Positions 20,200 to 29,920 of a stretch of 64,000 nt of DNA are shown piece by piece (positions within the stretch are counted from its first letter, which is position 1; every line of letters begins with the position of its first letter). Position numbers and translations under genes: made by a program. Under the pieces are notes generated by a model. It saw only the letters and a program-made list of their open reading frames with translations. It was not told the DNA's origin and did no database searches. Source of the stretch: Candidatus Gaiellasilicea maunaloa (lineage in GTDB: Bacteria; Actinomycetota; Thermoleophilia; Gaiellales; Gaiellaceae); NCBI GenBank assembly GCA_024330215.1, contig JANDLU010000008.1:1022-65021 (forward strand). The letters run 5' to 3'.

Positions 20200-22295
20200 C
20201 GAGCGCGGTCGATCGTCTCAATCCGGCACTCCAGCACCACCTCGTCAACTCGCTCGCTTGGAGCTCTCTCCGCCCGCTCCAGGAAGACGCGATGGAGCCG
20301 ATTCTCGCCGGCGCTCATGTCCTTCTTCTCGCTCCGACCGCTGGCGGCAAGACTGAGGCTGCCGCGCTGCCGGTTCTGTCCCGAATGCTCGACGAGGACT
20401 GGCGTGGCCTATCGGTGCTCTACCTGTGTCCCTTGAAGGCGCTCCTCAACAACCTCGAGCCGCGGCTCTCATACCTCGCCGGGCTCGTCGGCCGGTCGGC
20501 GGCCCTCTGGCACGGTGACATCGGGCAGCCGGTGCGCAAGAAGATTGTCTCCGAGCCGCCCGACATCCTTCTCACGACGCCCGAATCGCTTGAAGCGATC
20601 CTCATTTCGCGTGTGGTCGACTCGCACCATCTCCTGAGGCACGTGCGCGCGGTGATCGTCGATGAGCTCCATGCGTTTGCCGGCGACGATCGAGGCTGGC
20701 ATCTTCTTTCAGTCCTCGAGCGGGTCCGCAAGATCTCGGGGAGCGAGCAGCAGCGTGTCGGGCTGTCCGCGACCGTGGGAAACCCTGAAGCGTTGCTCGA
20801 GTGGCTGGCAGGCTCGCTTGAGGGCCAGCGACGTGTCGTGGCTGTCGAGGGGCGCCTCCCGAACGCCGACGTCACCGTCGACTCGGTCGGCAGTCTGCCG
20901 AATGCCGCTCGGGTCATCGCGCAGCTCCACGTTGGCGAGAAGCGCCTCGTGTTTTGTGACAGTCGCGCTCGTGTGGAGGAGCTTGGTGCGGGCTTACGCG
21001 GCGCTGGCGTGGAGACATACCTCTCGCACAGCTCGCTCGGTGTGGACGAGAGGCGTCGAGCCGAAGCCGCCTTCACGGAAGGCACGAACTGCGTAATCGT
21101 CGCTACGAGCACTCTTGAGCTTGGAGTCGATGTCGGCGACCTTGATCGAGTCATCCAGATCGATGCGCCGTTCAGCGTCGCCTCGTTCCTGCAGCGGTTG
21201 GGCAGGACCGGCCGTCGAGCCGGGCTCGAGCGCAATGCCCTGTTTCTCGCGACCGACGACGAGAGCTTCCTGCGAGCGTGCGCGATCATCCGGCTGTGGC
21301 AGGACGGATACATCGAGCCGATTGAGCCGCCGGCGATTCCCTACCACGTCCTTGCGCAGCAGCTCCTCGCGCTGACGCTTCAGGAGGGGCGGATAGGGCG
21401 GCGGCTCTGGCAGGAGTGGATCGGAGCGGTACCGGCGTTTGCGTCTATGACTGACGAGGTCTCGGGACGCGTGGTCGATCATCTCGTCGCCGAGGGATGG
21501 TTGTTCGACGAGCAGGGGCTGCTCTCGATCGGGCCCGAGGCGGAGCGAAGTCTTGGCTGGCGCCACTTCACGGAACTCACCGGCATCGTGGCGAGCGATC
21601 CCGAGATCGTCGTGCGGTACGGCCAGGCCGAGGTCGGGCGCGTACACCCCGTGAGCTTCCGGAAGGACGGGGTGTCCGGTTACTCGCCGATCCTGCTCGG
21701 CGGCCGAAGCTGGCGTGTGACGCAGATCGACTGGCGGCGTCGAGTCGCCGATGTCGTACCCGACCCGCGGCCGGGACGATCGCGGTGGCAGGGTGACGCG
21801 AGAGCGCTGAGCGGAGTGCTTTGCCGCGCTGTGCGAAGCGTCCTCACGGGGTCCGAGGTTCCGGCGCGGCTGACACGGAGGGGGTCGGAGACGCTAGATC
21901 GGCTTCGCGAGGAGTTCTGGTGGGCTGACAACAGCACGACCTCACTGGTGAGGAGCGAGGACGGGACGAAACGGTGGTGGACGTTCGCAGGGTTGCGCGC
22001 GAACGCCGATCTCTCTGAGAGTCTGGCTGAGCTCGTGCGCGGAACGCGGTCCTGCGACAACCTGTCGATCCAGCTGGCTGACGCTGCCACAGTGCCTGAG
22101 ATCGAGACGGCTCTGCGATCACGAAGCGGCGGAGGAACTGCTACCACAGGATCATCGCTTCATGATCTTCCGAAGTTCGCAGAATGCCTGCCGCGTGACC
22201 TCGCCGCTCTTACGGTCGCTGACCGTTACGCGGATCCTGCCTCAGTCGAGATGTGCCTTCGCGAGCGGATACAGACTGCTTCCAGTCCGCCCTAA
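20196..22295 (+). CDS. brxHI: BREX type 2 Lhr-like DExH helicase BrxHI
   Basis: Motif I 'LAPTAGGKTEAA', motif II 'VIVDELHAF', motif III 'SATVGNP', motif VI 'LGRTGRR'. I place the start at GTG 20196 (GTGA overlap with brxD). The ORF-track start at 19458 is an Arg-rich extension inside brxD. Confidence 0.8.
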   Translation: MTSAVDRLNPALQHHLVNSLAWSSLRPLQEDAMEPILAGAHVLLLAPTAGGKTEAAALPVLSRMLDEDWRGLSVLYLCPLKALLNNLEPRLSYLAGLVGRSAALWHGDIGQPVRKKIVSEPPDILLTTPESLEAILISRVVDSHHLLRHVRAVIVDELHAFAGDDRGWHLLSVLERVRKISGSEQQRVGLSATVGNPEALLEWLAGSLEGQRRVVAVEGRLPNADVTVDSVGSLPNAARVIAQLHVGEKRLVFCDSRARVEELGAGLRGAGVETYLSHSSLGVDERRRAEAAFTEGTNCVIVATSTLELGVDVGDLDRVIQIDAPFSVASFLQRLGRTGRRAGLERNALFLATDDESFLRACAIIRLWQDGYIEPIEPPAIPYHVLAQQLLALTLQEGRIGRRLWQEWIGAVPAFASMTDEVSGRVVDHLVAEGWLFDEQGLLSIGPEAERSLGWRHFTELTGIVASDPEIVVRYGQAEVGRVHPVSFRKDGVSGYSPILLGGRSWRVTQIDWRRRVADVVPDPRPGRSRWQGDARALSGVLCRAVRSVLTGSEVPARLTRRGSETLDRLREEFWWADNSTTSLVRSEDGTKRWWTFAGLRANADLSESLAELVRGTRSCDNLSIQLADAATVPEIETALRSRSGGGTATTGSSLHDLPKFAECLPRDLAALTVADRYADPASVEMCLRERIQTASSPP

Positions 22296-22308
22296 CCTCG
22301 CGGGAATC

Positions 22309-23359
22309 CTACGATTCCTGCCTGTAGGCGGCCTTGGTTTCGTCCTGCAGGTACTCGAATGCCCACGCGCGATTGTCGAACCAGTCGAGTAGGTAGAGGA
22401 GGTCGTTGACGGCAACGAAGACCTCGGCGAGCTCCTCTTCGTCGTAACCCTCGGCGCCCTGATGGACGATGTCGTTCCGATCTTCGGCAGCCTTGTGAAG
22501 CGCGGCAACGAGATGCTTCGGTACTGCGTGCTTGTCGCGCGCGCTTGTCGGTGAAGAACGGGAGGTATTCGCGGAGGAGCCTGCGAAGCGACGGGGACGG
22601 AAGCTTGCTAATCAGCCAGGCTTCTGACTCCTGGCCGGATCGTAGGGCGGCGAACTGCTTCACCCCGACCTCAGCTGCAACGACAGCAAGGACGAGGGCG
22701 GCACGCGGGTTTTCATACGAAAGCGCGTAGGCCTCGAGGAAGATCTGCCGAGCAAGCGGCTCGGATGGGTCGCCACGTTGCCACAGACGCTCGATCATCT
22801 TGATACCGTCGGGTGTCAGTTCGCGGCCTTCGGACCCGAACGTCGCGGGCGAAGAGAGGCCGCCGGGCTTCGCGAACCAGTCGTCACCGTTGAGCGACCA
22901 TTCGAGGCGCGCACGGCCGAGCGGCTGGGCGGGCCAAGGGCGATTGAACAACCAACGCAAGATCTGAACCAGCCGTGCCGCCTCACCATGGAGCTCGCTC
23001 CGGACGTCTCGGCAGAGGGCGGCGACCGACTCCGGCGGGTACGCGAGCCAAAGCACTTCGTGCTCCGGCAGTGGCGTAAACATGCCGCTGGGGTCAGCCG
23101 GCGGTGCGACCGCCGCCAACGTCGCGTCCCGATGGGCGCTGAACGCGCCGTACGCGTCGTCGACGACCTCGCGGCTTACGGTTGCGACGACGAGGCAGTC
23201 GTCTGACTCATTTCCTTCGGGCGTCCTGCGCAGCTCGAGCGTCACCTCAACCTCGCCTAGTCGGAAGGTCGCCAGCTCGCCGGCGGGCGGTGCGATTTCT
23301 AGTGCCTCAGCGACACCTGCGAGCCTGAAGTAGACGAGTCCGGCCATGGCTTGCATCAA
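22309..23359 (-). pseudogene. frameshifted gene for an unknown N-terminal domain plus a C-terminal HEPN-like domain (RNDIVH)
   Basis: The frame from 23359 is protein-like up to '...LREYLPFFTDK', then becomes Arg-rich nonsense. The +1 frame from ~22545 reads 'DKHAVPKHLVAALHKAAEDRNDIVHQGAEGYDEEELAEVFVAVNDLLYLLDWFDNRAWAFEYLQDETKAAYRQES*', with its stop at 22309-22311. Confidence 0.55.
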
Positions 23360-23407
23360 ACCGGAACGTCGATCTGACTTCCACGCCTAGGGAGCATTCG
23401 TAATGCG

Positions 23408-23653
23408 GTGCTGGCACGCATCCGTTGCGTCGCACCGCGCTACCGTGATTACGTGCGAATCGATTCCGGAACTGAGCTCGTCATCGCGGTCGACATCGCG
23501 AAGCGGCTGGGCATCTCGTCGCAACGAGTGAACGTCCTCGCGATCGGACCTGGCTTCCCGAAGCCACTCGGCAAGCTCGGACGCTCGGCCGTCTGGCGCT
23601 GGAGCACGGTCGAGCGTTGGGCGCGCGAGACCGGCCGCCTCGCAGCCGAGTAG
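23408..23653 (+). CDS. small helix-turn-helix DNA-binding protein (AlpA/excisionase-like)
   Basis: 'IAVDIAKRLGISSQRVNVLA' is HTH-like, and the 'WRWSTVERWARE' tail is typical of small MerR/AlpA-type regulators of mobile elements. The start is uncertain (alternative GTG at 23453). Confidence 0.5.
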   Translation: MLARIRCVAPRYRDYVRIDSGTELVIAVDIAKRLGISSQRVNVLAIGPGFPKPLGKLGRSAVWRWSTVERWARETGRLAAE

Positions 23654-23773
23654 CGCGCCGAGAGCGGTTTCACACACTTGCACCGTTCCGGTGGAGTCAC
23701 CGGGCCGAGGCGTCGGATTCTGCGTCTCGTAGGTGTTGGATCAAATCAACAGCCGAGGCAGGAAGGAGGAGAG

Positions 23774-24025
23774 ATGGACTGCCGAGTCGACCGCGAAGCG
23801 CTCGCCGAGTTCATCGGCCGTCAGGTCGAGCTCGTGGAGGCGCTCTCGATCCCGAAGCTACTCGCGGACGTGGTCGAGCTCCGGCTGCGGCACGAGAGCG
23901 TCAACCGCGAGGAGGTGCACGCGCTCTGGCTCGGGGCGGGGCTCGCGACGCATGTCGGCCTCGCGATCTTCGAGGAGCCCGAGCGCTTCGTCATCGCCCA
24001 CGAGCCAGCCCCGCTAGCCGCCTGA
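23774..24025 (+). CDS. hypothetical small protein (83 aa)
   Basis: ATG at 23774 preceded by GGAAGGAGGAGAG. Protein-like acidic/helical sequence. No motif recognised. Confidence 0.4.
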   Translation: MDCRVDREALAEFIGRQVELVEALSIPKLLADVVELRLRHESVNREEVHALWLGAGLATHVGLAIFEEPERFVIAHEPAPLAA

Positions 24026-24045
24026 ACGCGAGAGGAGAGGAGATC

Positions 24046-25092
24046 ATGCAGACCACCACACAACCCGCCTACGAGGTTGCCGAGGCCGAGCGTCCGCTCT
24101 GGCTCGGCCAGACGCCCGCCGGATGGGCCGACGCCGTCCGAACCGTCGACCCGAACGAGGTGCACGACGCCGCCTCGATGATCGCCGCCGCCGGTCTCGG
24201 CTGGTACGTCGACCAGTGCCCGCTCGAAGCGGTGCTCGCGATCGGGGAGGACGGCTACCCGACCGCGCGCGCGACGGTGCCGCGTCACGTCGCCAACGTC
24301 CGCAGCGACACGCGCGCCGTGCTCGGCGTCGTCGGCGACGGGTACGAGCCGCTGCAGAACCGAGCCGCGTTCGCCTTCTGCGACGACATCACCGACTCAG
24401 GGCGGGCGCACTGGATCGGCGCGGGTTCGACTCGCGGCGGCGCTCGCGTCCACGCCCTGATGCGACTCGACCGCGATGTCCGGATCGGAGGCGCAGACGG
24501 GGAAGACGTGCTGCCGCTGCTCTGCTTCCGCAACGGTCACGACGGCGGCCTCGCCGTCACCGTCTCCGTGGCCCCGTTCCGACTCGCCTGCCTAAACGGA
24601 ATGCTCCTCCCGCTGCCGGACGCGCAGCGGGTCTGGAAGGCGCGCCACACCGCCCACGTACAGGCACGACTCGCGGACGCGCGGCGCACGCTCGGGATCG
24701 CTTGGCGCTACTACGACGAACTGGAAGAACTCGGCGGACGCCTGATCCGCGAGCGGATCGGCGAGGGCGAGTTCGAGCGCTTCCTCTCCCGGCTTGTGCC
24801 GCTGCCCGAGCCGAAGCCCGACGGCAGCGAGGGCGGGCGCGCCGTCCGCAATGTCGAGCGCGTCCGCGAGGCGATCCGCACCGCCTACCGCGCCGCCCCC
24901 GACCTGGCCGACATCCGCGGCACGCGCTGGGGCGCGCTCCAGGCGGTGACGGCCTACGTCGACCACACGCAGCCGACGCGACAGACCGCCGGCCGCACCC
25001 ACGCCGAGGCCCGCTTCGAGCGGGCGACCGAGCCCGCGCCGCTCAAGGACCGCGCGCTCGAACTACTGACCGAAGGAGGGATCCGACCATGA
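24046..25092 (+). CDS. DUF932/DUF945-like protein (the plasmid/ICE-associated 'phage/plasmid-like protein' family)
   Basis: 348 aa, ATG at 24046 after GAGAGGAGAGGAG. 'VLGVVGDGYEPLQN...' and 'LLCFRNGHDGGLAVTVSVAPFRLACLNGML' resemble DUF932 proteins. ATGA overlap with the next gene. Confidence 0.65.
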   Translation: MQTTTQPAYEVAEAERPLWLGQTPAGWADAVRTVDPNEVHDAASMIAAAGLGWYVDQCPLEAVLAIGEDGYPTARATVPRHVANVRSDTRAVLGVVGDGYEPLQNRAAFAFCDDITDSGRAHWIGAGSTRGGARVHALMRLDRDVRIGGADGEDVLPLLCFRNGHDGGLAVTVSVAPFRLACLNGMLLPLPDAQRVWKARHTAHVQARLADARRTLGIAWRYYDELEELGGRLIRERIGEGEFERFLSRLVPLPEPKPDGSEGGRAVRNVERVREAIRTAYRAAPDLADIRGTRWGALQAVTAYVDHTQPTRQTAGRTHAEARFERATEPAPLKDRALELLTEGGIRP

Positions 25093-26906
25093 CCGCAACC
25101 CTGAGCATGGTTCCACTCGCGAAGATCAAGCCGAGCAACGGCGACAACCCACGCAGCGAGTTCGCGGACGAGCAGATGGCCGAACTCGTCGCCTCGATCA
25201 AGCGGCACGGGATCATCACGCCGCTGATGCTCGCCCCGGACGGCGAGGACGGCTTCACGATCATCGCCGGGGAGCGCCGCTACCGGGCGGCCAAGGCCGC
25301 CAAGCTCCGCCAGGTACCGGCGCAGGTGCGCGAAGCCGACGGGGAAGCGTTGACGCTTGCCGTGGCCGAGAACGTGATCCGCGCCGACCTCAGCCCGATC
25401 GAGGAGGCACGCGCGTACCGGCGTCTGGCCGATGAGCAGGGCGGCGCGGCGAAGGTGGCGCGGCTCGTGGGCAAGAGCGAGCGGCTCGTCGGCGAGCGGC
25501 TCGACCTCCTCCGGCTCCCTGAGCCGACACAGGAGCTGCTCGCGGCGCGCAGGCTTCCGCTCGCCTGCGCGCCGCCGCTCGTTCGCATCGCGGAGGCCGA
25601 GCCGCTGCTCGCCGAGCTGACGGCCGCTTGGCTGGTCGAGCGTCCGAGCTACGCGGCCGTGTTCCCGTCCGATCCGGGCGAGTTCGTGGACGACGTGCTC
25701 CGCGCTGACTGGCCCAACGCGGACGGCTCGCGGCTCCAGCCGGTGGCCTACAGCGTGAGCGAGTTCGGCGGAGGCCCGATCCTGCCGACAACCGTCCACG
25801 ACGAGTACGCGGTCGCCGCGGTGCTCGCCAAGCTCGGCGCGCACGTGGAGGCGGTCGCGGCCGCGCTCGCGGGGTTGCCCGAGATCACGCACGCCTCCGA
25901 GCACGACTGGTCGGCGCGGCAGGCAGAGGGGAGACGCTGGCGGGAGTGCTTCTCGCTCCTCGACGCCGACGCCGACGCTGCCCGCGCCTACGGCTGCCTG
26001 CTCGAGCTGTCGGGCCGGAACGGGCGCAGTCACGGCTACGTCACCGATCCCGAGTGGCTCGCGGATCGGTTGGCGGGGAAGATCGCGACCCACGCGGGCG
26101 CCGCTGCGGAGCGCCGGAGCCGCGAGAGCGACGAGGGAAGCCGGGTTGCGTCGGCGGACGATCCCGAGAAGGAGGCGCGGCGGCAGGAGCGGCAGCGGCA
26201 GTACGAGGAGCGCGTTTCCGCTCGGGCACGCAACCTCGATCTCGGCGCGGTGCTCGCGACCTGGCAGCCGAAGCTCGACGCCGAGGCCGTCAAGCTGCTC
26301 GGCTCGCTCGTCCTGCACGAGCAAGGCAAGGCGGCGGCATGGGCGTACCGGCTCTGTACCGAGCAGCCCACGACCGAGAACAAGCAAGGAAAGGTGAGCG
26401 TGCGCTACCCGCGCGGCGCGGACGCCGAGAAGCAGCTGCACGGCGACGCGCTCGACGCGCTCACACGCGCCCGCACACCCGAGGACGCGCTCGCGGTCGT
26501 CCTGCGCCTGCTCGTCGCTCAGCGGCTCGTGGACACCGGCGGGCTGCCCAACGCCGACCGCCAGGGCGTCTACGAGCCGCGCGAGCTGGCCGGATCGCCC
26601 ACGCTCGACAAGCTCGCCCGGCGCGTCGCCCCGGCCTCGGTCAAGCAGCACCGGGCCGCGCAGGAGGCCGAGCGCGAACAGCGCGAGCAGGCGTGGCGCG
26701 ACGAGCAGGCGGCACGGTTGCAGGAACAGCGCGCGAAGCTTGCGGCGGGCGAGCACGTCCGGTGCGCGTGCTGCCTCGAAGCGATCGACTCGACCGAGGA
26801 CGCCACCGAGAAGGACGGAACGCTCGTCCACGCCGCCGACTGCCGGCAGCAGTGGGGCAGCGCCAACGACGAAGCCGACGACGACAGCGAGGAGGCCCCC
26901 GAGTGA
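25089..26906 (+). CDS. ParB/Srx-like N-terminal-domain protein (605 aa)
   Basis: 'LAKIKPSNGDNPRSEF...LVASIKRHGIITPLML...IIAGERRYRAAK' is a ParB N-terminal box with the GERR motif. It is followed by an HTH-like 'VARLVGKSERLVGERLDLLRLP'. Confidence 0.75.
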   Translation: MTATLSMVPLAKIKPSNGDNPRSEFADEQMAELVASIKRHGIITPLMLAPDGEDGFTIIAGERRYRAAKAAKLRQVPAQVREADGEALTLAVAENVIRADLSPIEEARAYRRLADEQGGAAKVARLVGKSERLVGERLDLLRLPEPTQELLAARRLPLACAPPLVRIAEAEPLLAELTAAWLVERPSYAAVFPSDPGEFVDDVLRADWPNADGSRLQPVAYSVSEFGGGPILPTTVHDEYAVAAVLAKLGAHVEAVAAALAGLPEITHASEHDWSARQAEGRRWRECFSLLDADADAARAYGCLLELSGRNGRSHGYVTDPEWLADRLAGKIATHAGAAAERRSRESDEGSRVASADDPEKEARRQERQRQYEERVSARARNLDLGAVLATWQPKLDAEAVKLLGSLVLHEQGKAAAWAYRLCTEQPTTENKQGKVSVRYPRGADAEKQLHGDALDALTRARTPEDALAVVLRLLVAQRLVDTGGLPNADRQGVYEPRELAGSPTLDKLARRVAPASVKQHRAAQEAEREQREQAWRDEQAARLQEQRAKLAAGEHVRCACCLEAIDSTEDATEKDGTLVHAADCRQQWGSANDEADDDSEEAPE

Positions 26907-27007
26907 CGCGCTCGCCCCATCGTCCGCCGCACCAGCTAGGCTCGATGGCACGAGTCACAGAGATGCATCCCGATGCTTTACTGCCCAGGATGTGCTAATC
27001 TCATCGT

Positions 27008-29920
27008 GTGCTGACCGTCGCGAAGCTCACCCCCGGCCAGGAGTCCTACTACGAGCGATCGGTGGCGGCGGGCCTCGATGATTACTACGCCGGACGGGGC
27101 GAGTCGCCGGGGATCTGGTTCGGGCGCGGCGCTCCGGAGCTCGGCCTCGAAGGGGTCGTCGAGGACGGGCAACTCGGGGCGCTGATCCGCGGCGTTCATC
27201 CCGTCACCGAGAAGCAGCTACGACAACATCCGAAGCGTCGGACGATCACGGTCGAGCGGATCGACCCCGAGACCGGCGAGCGGCGGACGGAGGAGAAGAA
27301 GCTCTCCCCGGTCGCCGGCTTCGACATAGCCTTCGCCTGCCCGAAGAGCGTCAGCCTGCTCCACGCCCTCGGCGACGAGCAGACGCGACGAACGGTCAGC
27401 GAGGCGCACGCAGCCGCCTGGCAGGCCGCGCTCGCCTACCTCGAGGACGAGGCCTGCGTCCTCCGGCGGGGAAAGAACGGCGTCACCCGCGAGCGCGGCT
27501 CGGGCTTCGTCGCGGCCGCCTACCAGCACCGCACCAGTCGCGCCCAAGACCCGCACCTGCACACCCACGTCCTCGTGGCGAACATGGCAGAGAGTCCGAG
27601 CGACGGCGAGTGGCGCGCCCTCGACGGCGAGCCGATCCTGAAGACCTACCGGCTCGCGGCGGGCTACCTCTACCAGGCGCAACTTCGTGCCGAGCTCGCG
27701 CGTTCGCTTGGCGTCGAGTGGGAGACACCAGTGAAGGGGATGGCCGAAATGAGAGGCGTCCCACGCGAGGTCCTGCTCGAGTTCTCGCAGCGACGAGCGC
27801 AGATCGTCGAGCACATGAGCGAGCACAACAGCAGCGGCTACCGAGCCGCCCAGATCGCAGCCGTCGAGACGCGAGAGCGCAAAGAGCACGTCGACCTCGA
27901 TCGGCTGCGCGAGGACTGGCGCGCCCGGGCGGCCGAGCACGGCCTTGGCGTAGCCGAGCTCGAGGCGGTGATCGAGCGGCAGATCCCCGGGCTGACCCGC
28001 GAGCAACTGACGCAGATCGCACAGCGGCTGCTCGGGCCGGAGGGTCTGACTGCGCGGCGCACCGCCTTCTCCGAGCCGGAGCTAGTGATGGCCTGGGCCG
28101 AAGCTCATATTCAGGGTGCCAGCACCGACCGGATCCGCCAGGTCGCGGCACGCTTCGAGGCGATCGACGGCGTCCGGGCTGTGGGCGAGGCGCCGACGCC
28201 CGGTAGGCCCGCCCGTTACTCGACGGCCGAGCTGATCGGAATCGAGCAGGCCGCGCTCGACCTCGTCGCCCGCGGCGCCGACGCGGGCGCTCCCGCCTTG
28301 ACCGTCGAGGCGCTCGACCAAGGCGGGCCGGTCGGCCTCTCCCACGACCAGGCCGCGATGCTGCGCACAGTCGCGACCAGCGCCGACCGCGTCGTCTGCG
28401 TCATCGGCGTCGCGGGCGCCGGCAAGACGACAGCTCTCCGCGCAGCCACCGAGGCGTTCCAAGCGGCCGGCTTCCCCGTCCTCGGTGCTGCTCCCTCCGG
28501 AGTCGCCGCCGAGAAGCTCGCCGACGAAACCGGCCTCCGCGCGACGACCCTCCACCGCCTGCTCGCCGGGGATGCCCTGCCGCGCGGTTGCGTCCTCGTC
28601 ATCGACGAGGCCGGGATGGCGGACACACGCGTGCTCGCGCCGATCCTCGAGCTCGTCGACAGAGCGGATGGAAAGGCCATCCTCGTCGGCGACCCCCACC
28701 AGCTGCCTGCCGTCGGCGCCGGCGGCCTCTTCGCCGGAATCGTCGAGCGCCACGGAGCCGTCGAGCTCACCGAGAACCGCCGCCAGCACGATGAACAAGA
28801 ACGCGAAGCGCTGGCCGCTGTCCGCCGCGGCCTCGGCCGCGACTACCTCGCCTTCGCCGAAGGCAAGGAGCGACTCGTCGTCTCCGATGATCCGCTCGCG
28901 ACCAAGACACGCCTGCTCGCCGACTGGTGGACCGCCGCGCGCGACGACCTCCCCGACAACGTCATGATCGCGCTCCGCCGCCGCGACGTCGCTGAGCTGA
29001 ACGCACTCGCCCGCGGGCTGATGGAAACCCACGGCCGGCTCGGACGCGACCGGCTGCAGGTCGGCGAGCGCGAGTACGCGCCAGGCGACCGACTCGTCTG
29101 CCTGCGCAACTCGGACGACCTCGGCGTCAAGAACGGAACACGGGGAACGGTTGAGGCGATCGACACCGAACGCTGCGCGCTCATCGTCCTCACCGACCGC
29201 GGCGACCGCGTCACGCTCAACCGGTGCTACCTCGAAGCGGGCGATGTCCGCCACGCCTATGCACTCACCGGCCACGCCGCCCAGGGCGTCACCGTCGATC
29301 GCGCTTTCGTGCTCGGCTCCGGTGACGCGCGGCTCCAGGAATGGGGTTACGTCGCAGTCTCCCGCGCGCGCGAGTCGACCAGGCTCTACGTGACGGAAAC
29401 CGTGCACGACCGCGAGAGCCACGCCGCCGACCTCGACGACCGCGATCCGGTCACCCGATTCGCGCGGGCGCTCGAGGAGTCCGCGATCGAGCGCCTCGCC
29501 GTCGACCAGCGACCGCTTCCTTCGGGGCCACGGCACGACACCCGAGCTGCGATCGACCGGCATCGACCCACGCGCGAGCCGGGAGGGCGGCTGCGGCTGA
29601 TCGAGCACGAGCGACTCGCCACGCTGAAGGTCCGCGAGCTAGCCGAGCGGAGGCTCACCGAGGCTGAGGCAAAGCTCGTGGGCGCAGGCCCGTTTCTTCG
29701 GCGGCGACGCGGCGACGACCTCCGTGCGGACGTCGCGTCACAGAGAACCGCTATCCGCCTCGCCGATCACAAGCTGTCCGAGCTCGAGAACGAGGCGGAA
29801 ATACTGTGTCGGGTGGAGTCGCCCGAGTCTGACCGGCTCGGCAGGCCTGCGCGTCAGCCAGCCGCAATGACACGCTCACATGAGTCGAACCGAGCTTCAG
29901 GCCTCGACCTCGGTCTGTAG
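27008..29920 (+). CDS. MobF-family conjugative relaxase (TrwC/TraA-like) fused to a RecD-like helicase
   Basis: N-terminal 'YYERSVAAGLDDYYAGRGESPGIWFG' (tyrosine motif). His-triad 'DPHLHTHVLVANM'. Helicase Walker A 'GVAGAGKTTAL' and Walker B 'VLVIDEAGMAD'. Confidence 0.9.
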   Translation: MLTVAKLTPGQESYYERSVAAGLDDYYAGRGESPGIWFGRGAPELGLEGVVEDGQLGALIRGVHPVTEKQLRQHPKRRTITVERIDPETGERRTEEKKLSPVAGFDIAFACPKSVSLLHALGDEQTRRTVSEAHAAAWQAALAYLEDEACVLRRGKNGVTRERGSGFVAAAYQHRTSRAQDPHLHTHVLVANMAESPSDGEWRALDGEPILKTYRLAAGYLYQAQLRAELARSLGVEWETPVKGMAEMRGVPREVLLEFSQRRAQIVEHMSEHNSSGYRAAQIAAVETRERKEHVDLDRLREDWRARAAEHGLGVAELEAVIERQIPGLTREQLTQIAQRLLGPEGLTARRTAFSEPELVMAWAEAHIQGASTDRIRQVAARFEAIDGVRAVGEAPTPGRPARYSTAELIGIEQAALDLVARGADAGAPALTVEALDQGGPVGLSHDQAAMLRTVATSADRVVCVIGVAGAGKTTALRAATEAFQAAGFPVLGAAPSGVAAEKLADETGLRATTLHRLLAGDALPRGCVLVIDEAGMADTRVLAPILELVDRADGKAILVGDPHQLPAVGAGGLFAGIVERHGAVELTENRRQHDEQEREALAAVRRGLGRDYLAFAEGKERLVVSDDPLATKTRLLADWWTAARDDLPDNVMIALRRRDVAELNALARGLMETHGRLGRDRLQVGEREYAPGDRLVCLRNSDDLGVKNGTRGTVEAIDTERCALIVLTDRGDRVTLNRCYLEAGDVRHAYALTGHAAQGVTVDRAFVLGSGDARLQEWGYVAVSRARESTRLYVTETVHDRESHAADLDDRDPVTRFARALEESAIERLAVDQRPLPSGPRHDTRAAIDRHRPTREPGGRLRLIEHERLATLKVRELAERRLTEAEAKLVGAGPFLRRRRGDDLRADVASQRTAIRLADHKLSELENEAEILCRVESPESDRLGRPARQPAAMTRSHESNRASGLDLGL

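Noticed and set aside
26907-27007. Candidate oriT upstream of the relaxase.
   Set aside because: Only 5-6-bp inverted repeats are present (CCATCG/CGATGG and GCATC/GATGC), which is too weak to call without comparison to known MobF nic sites.
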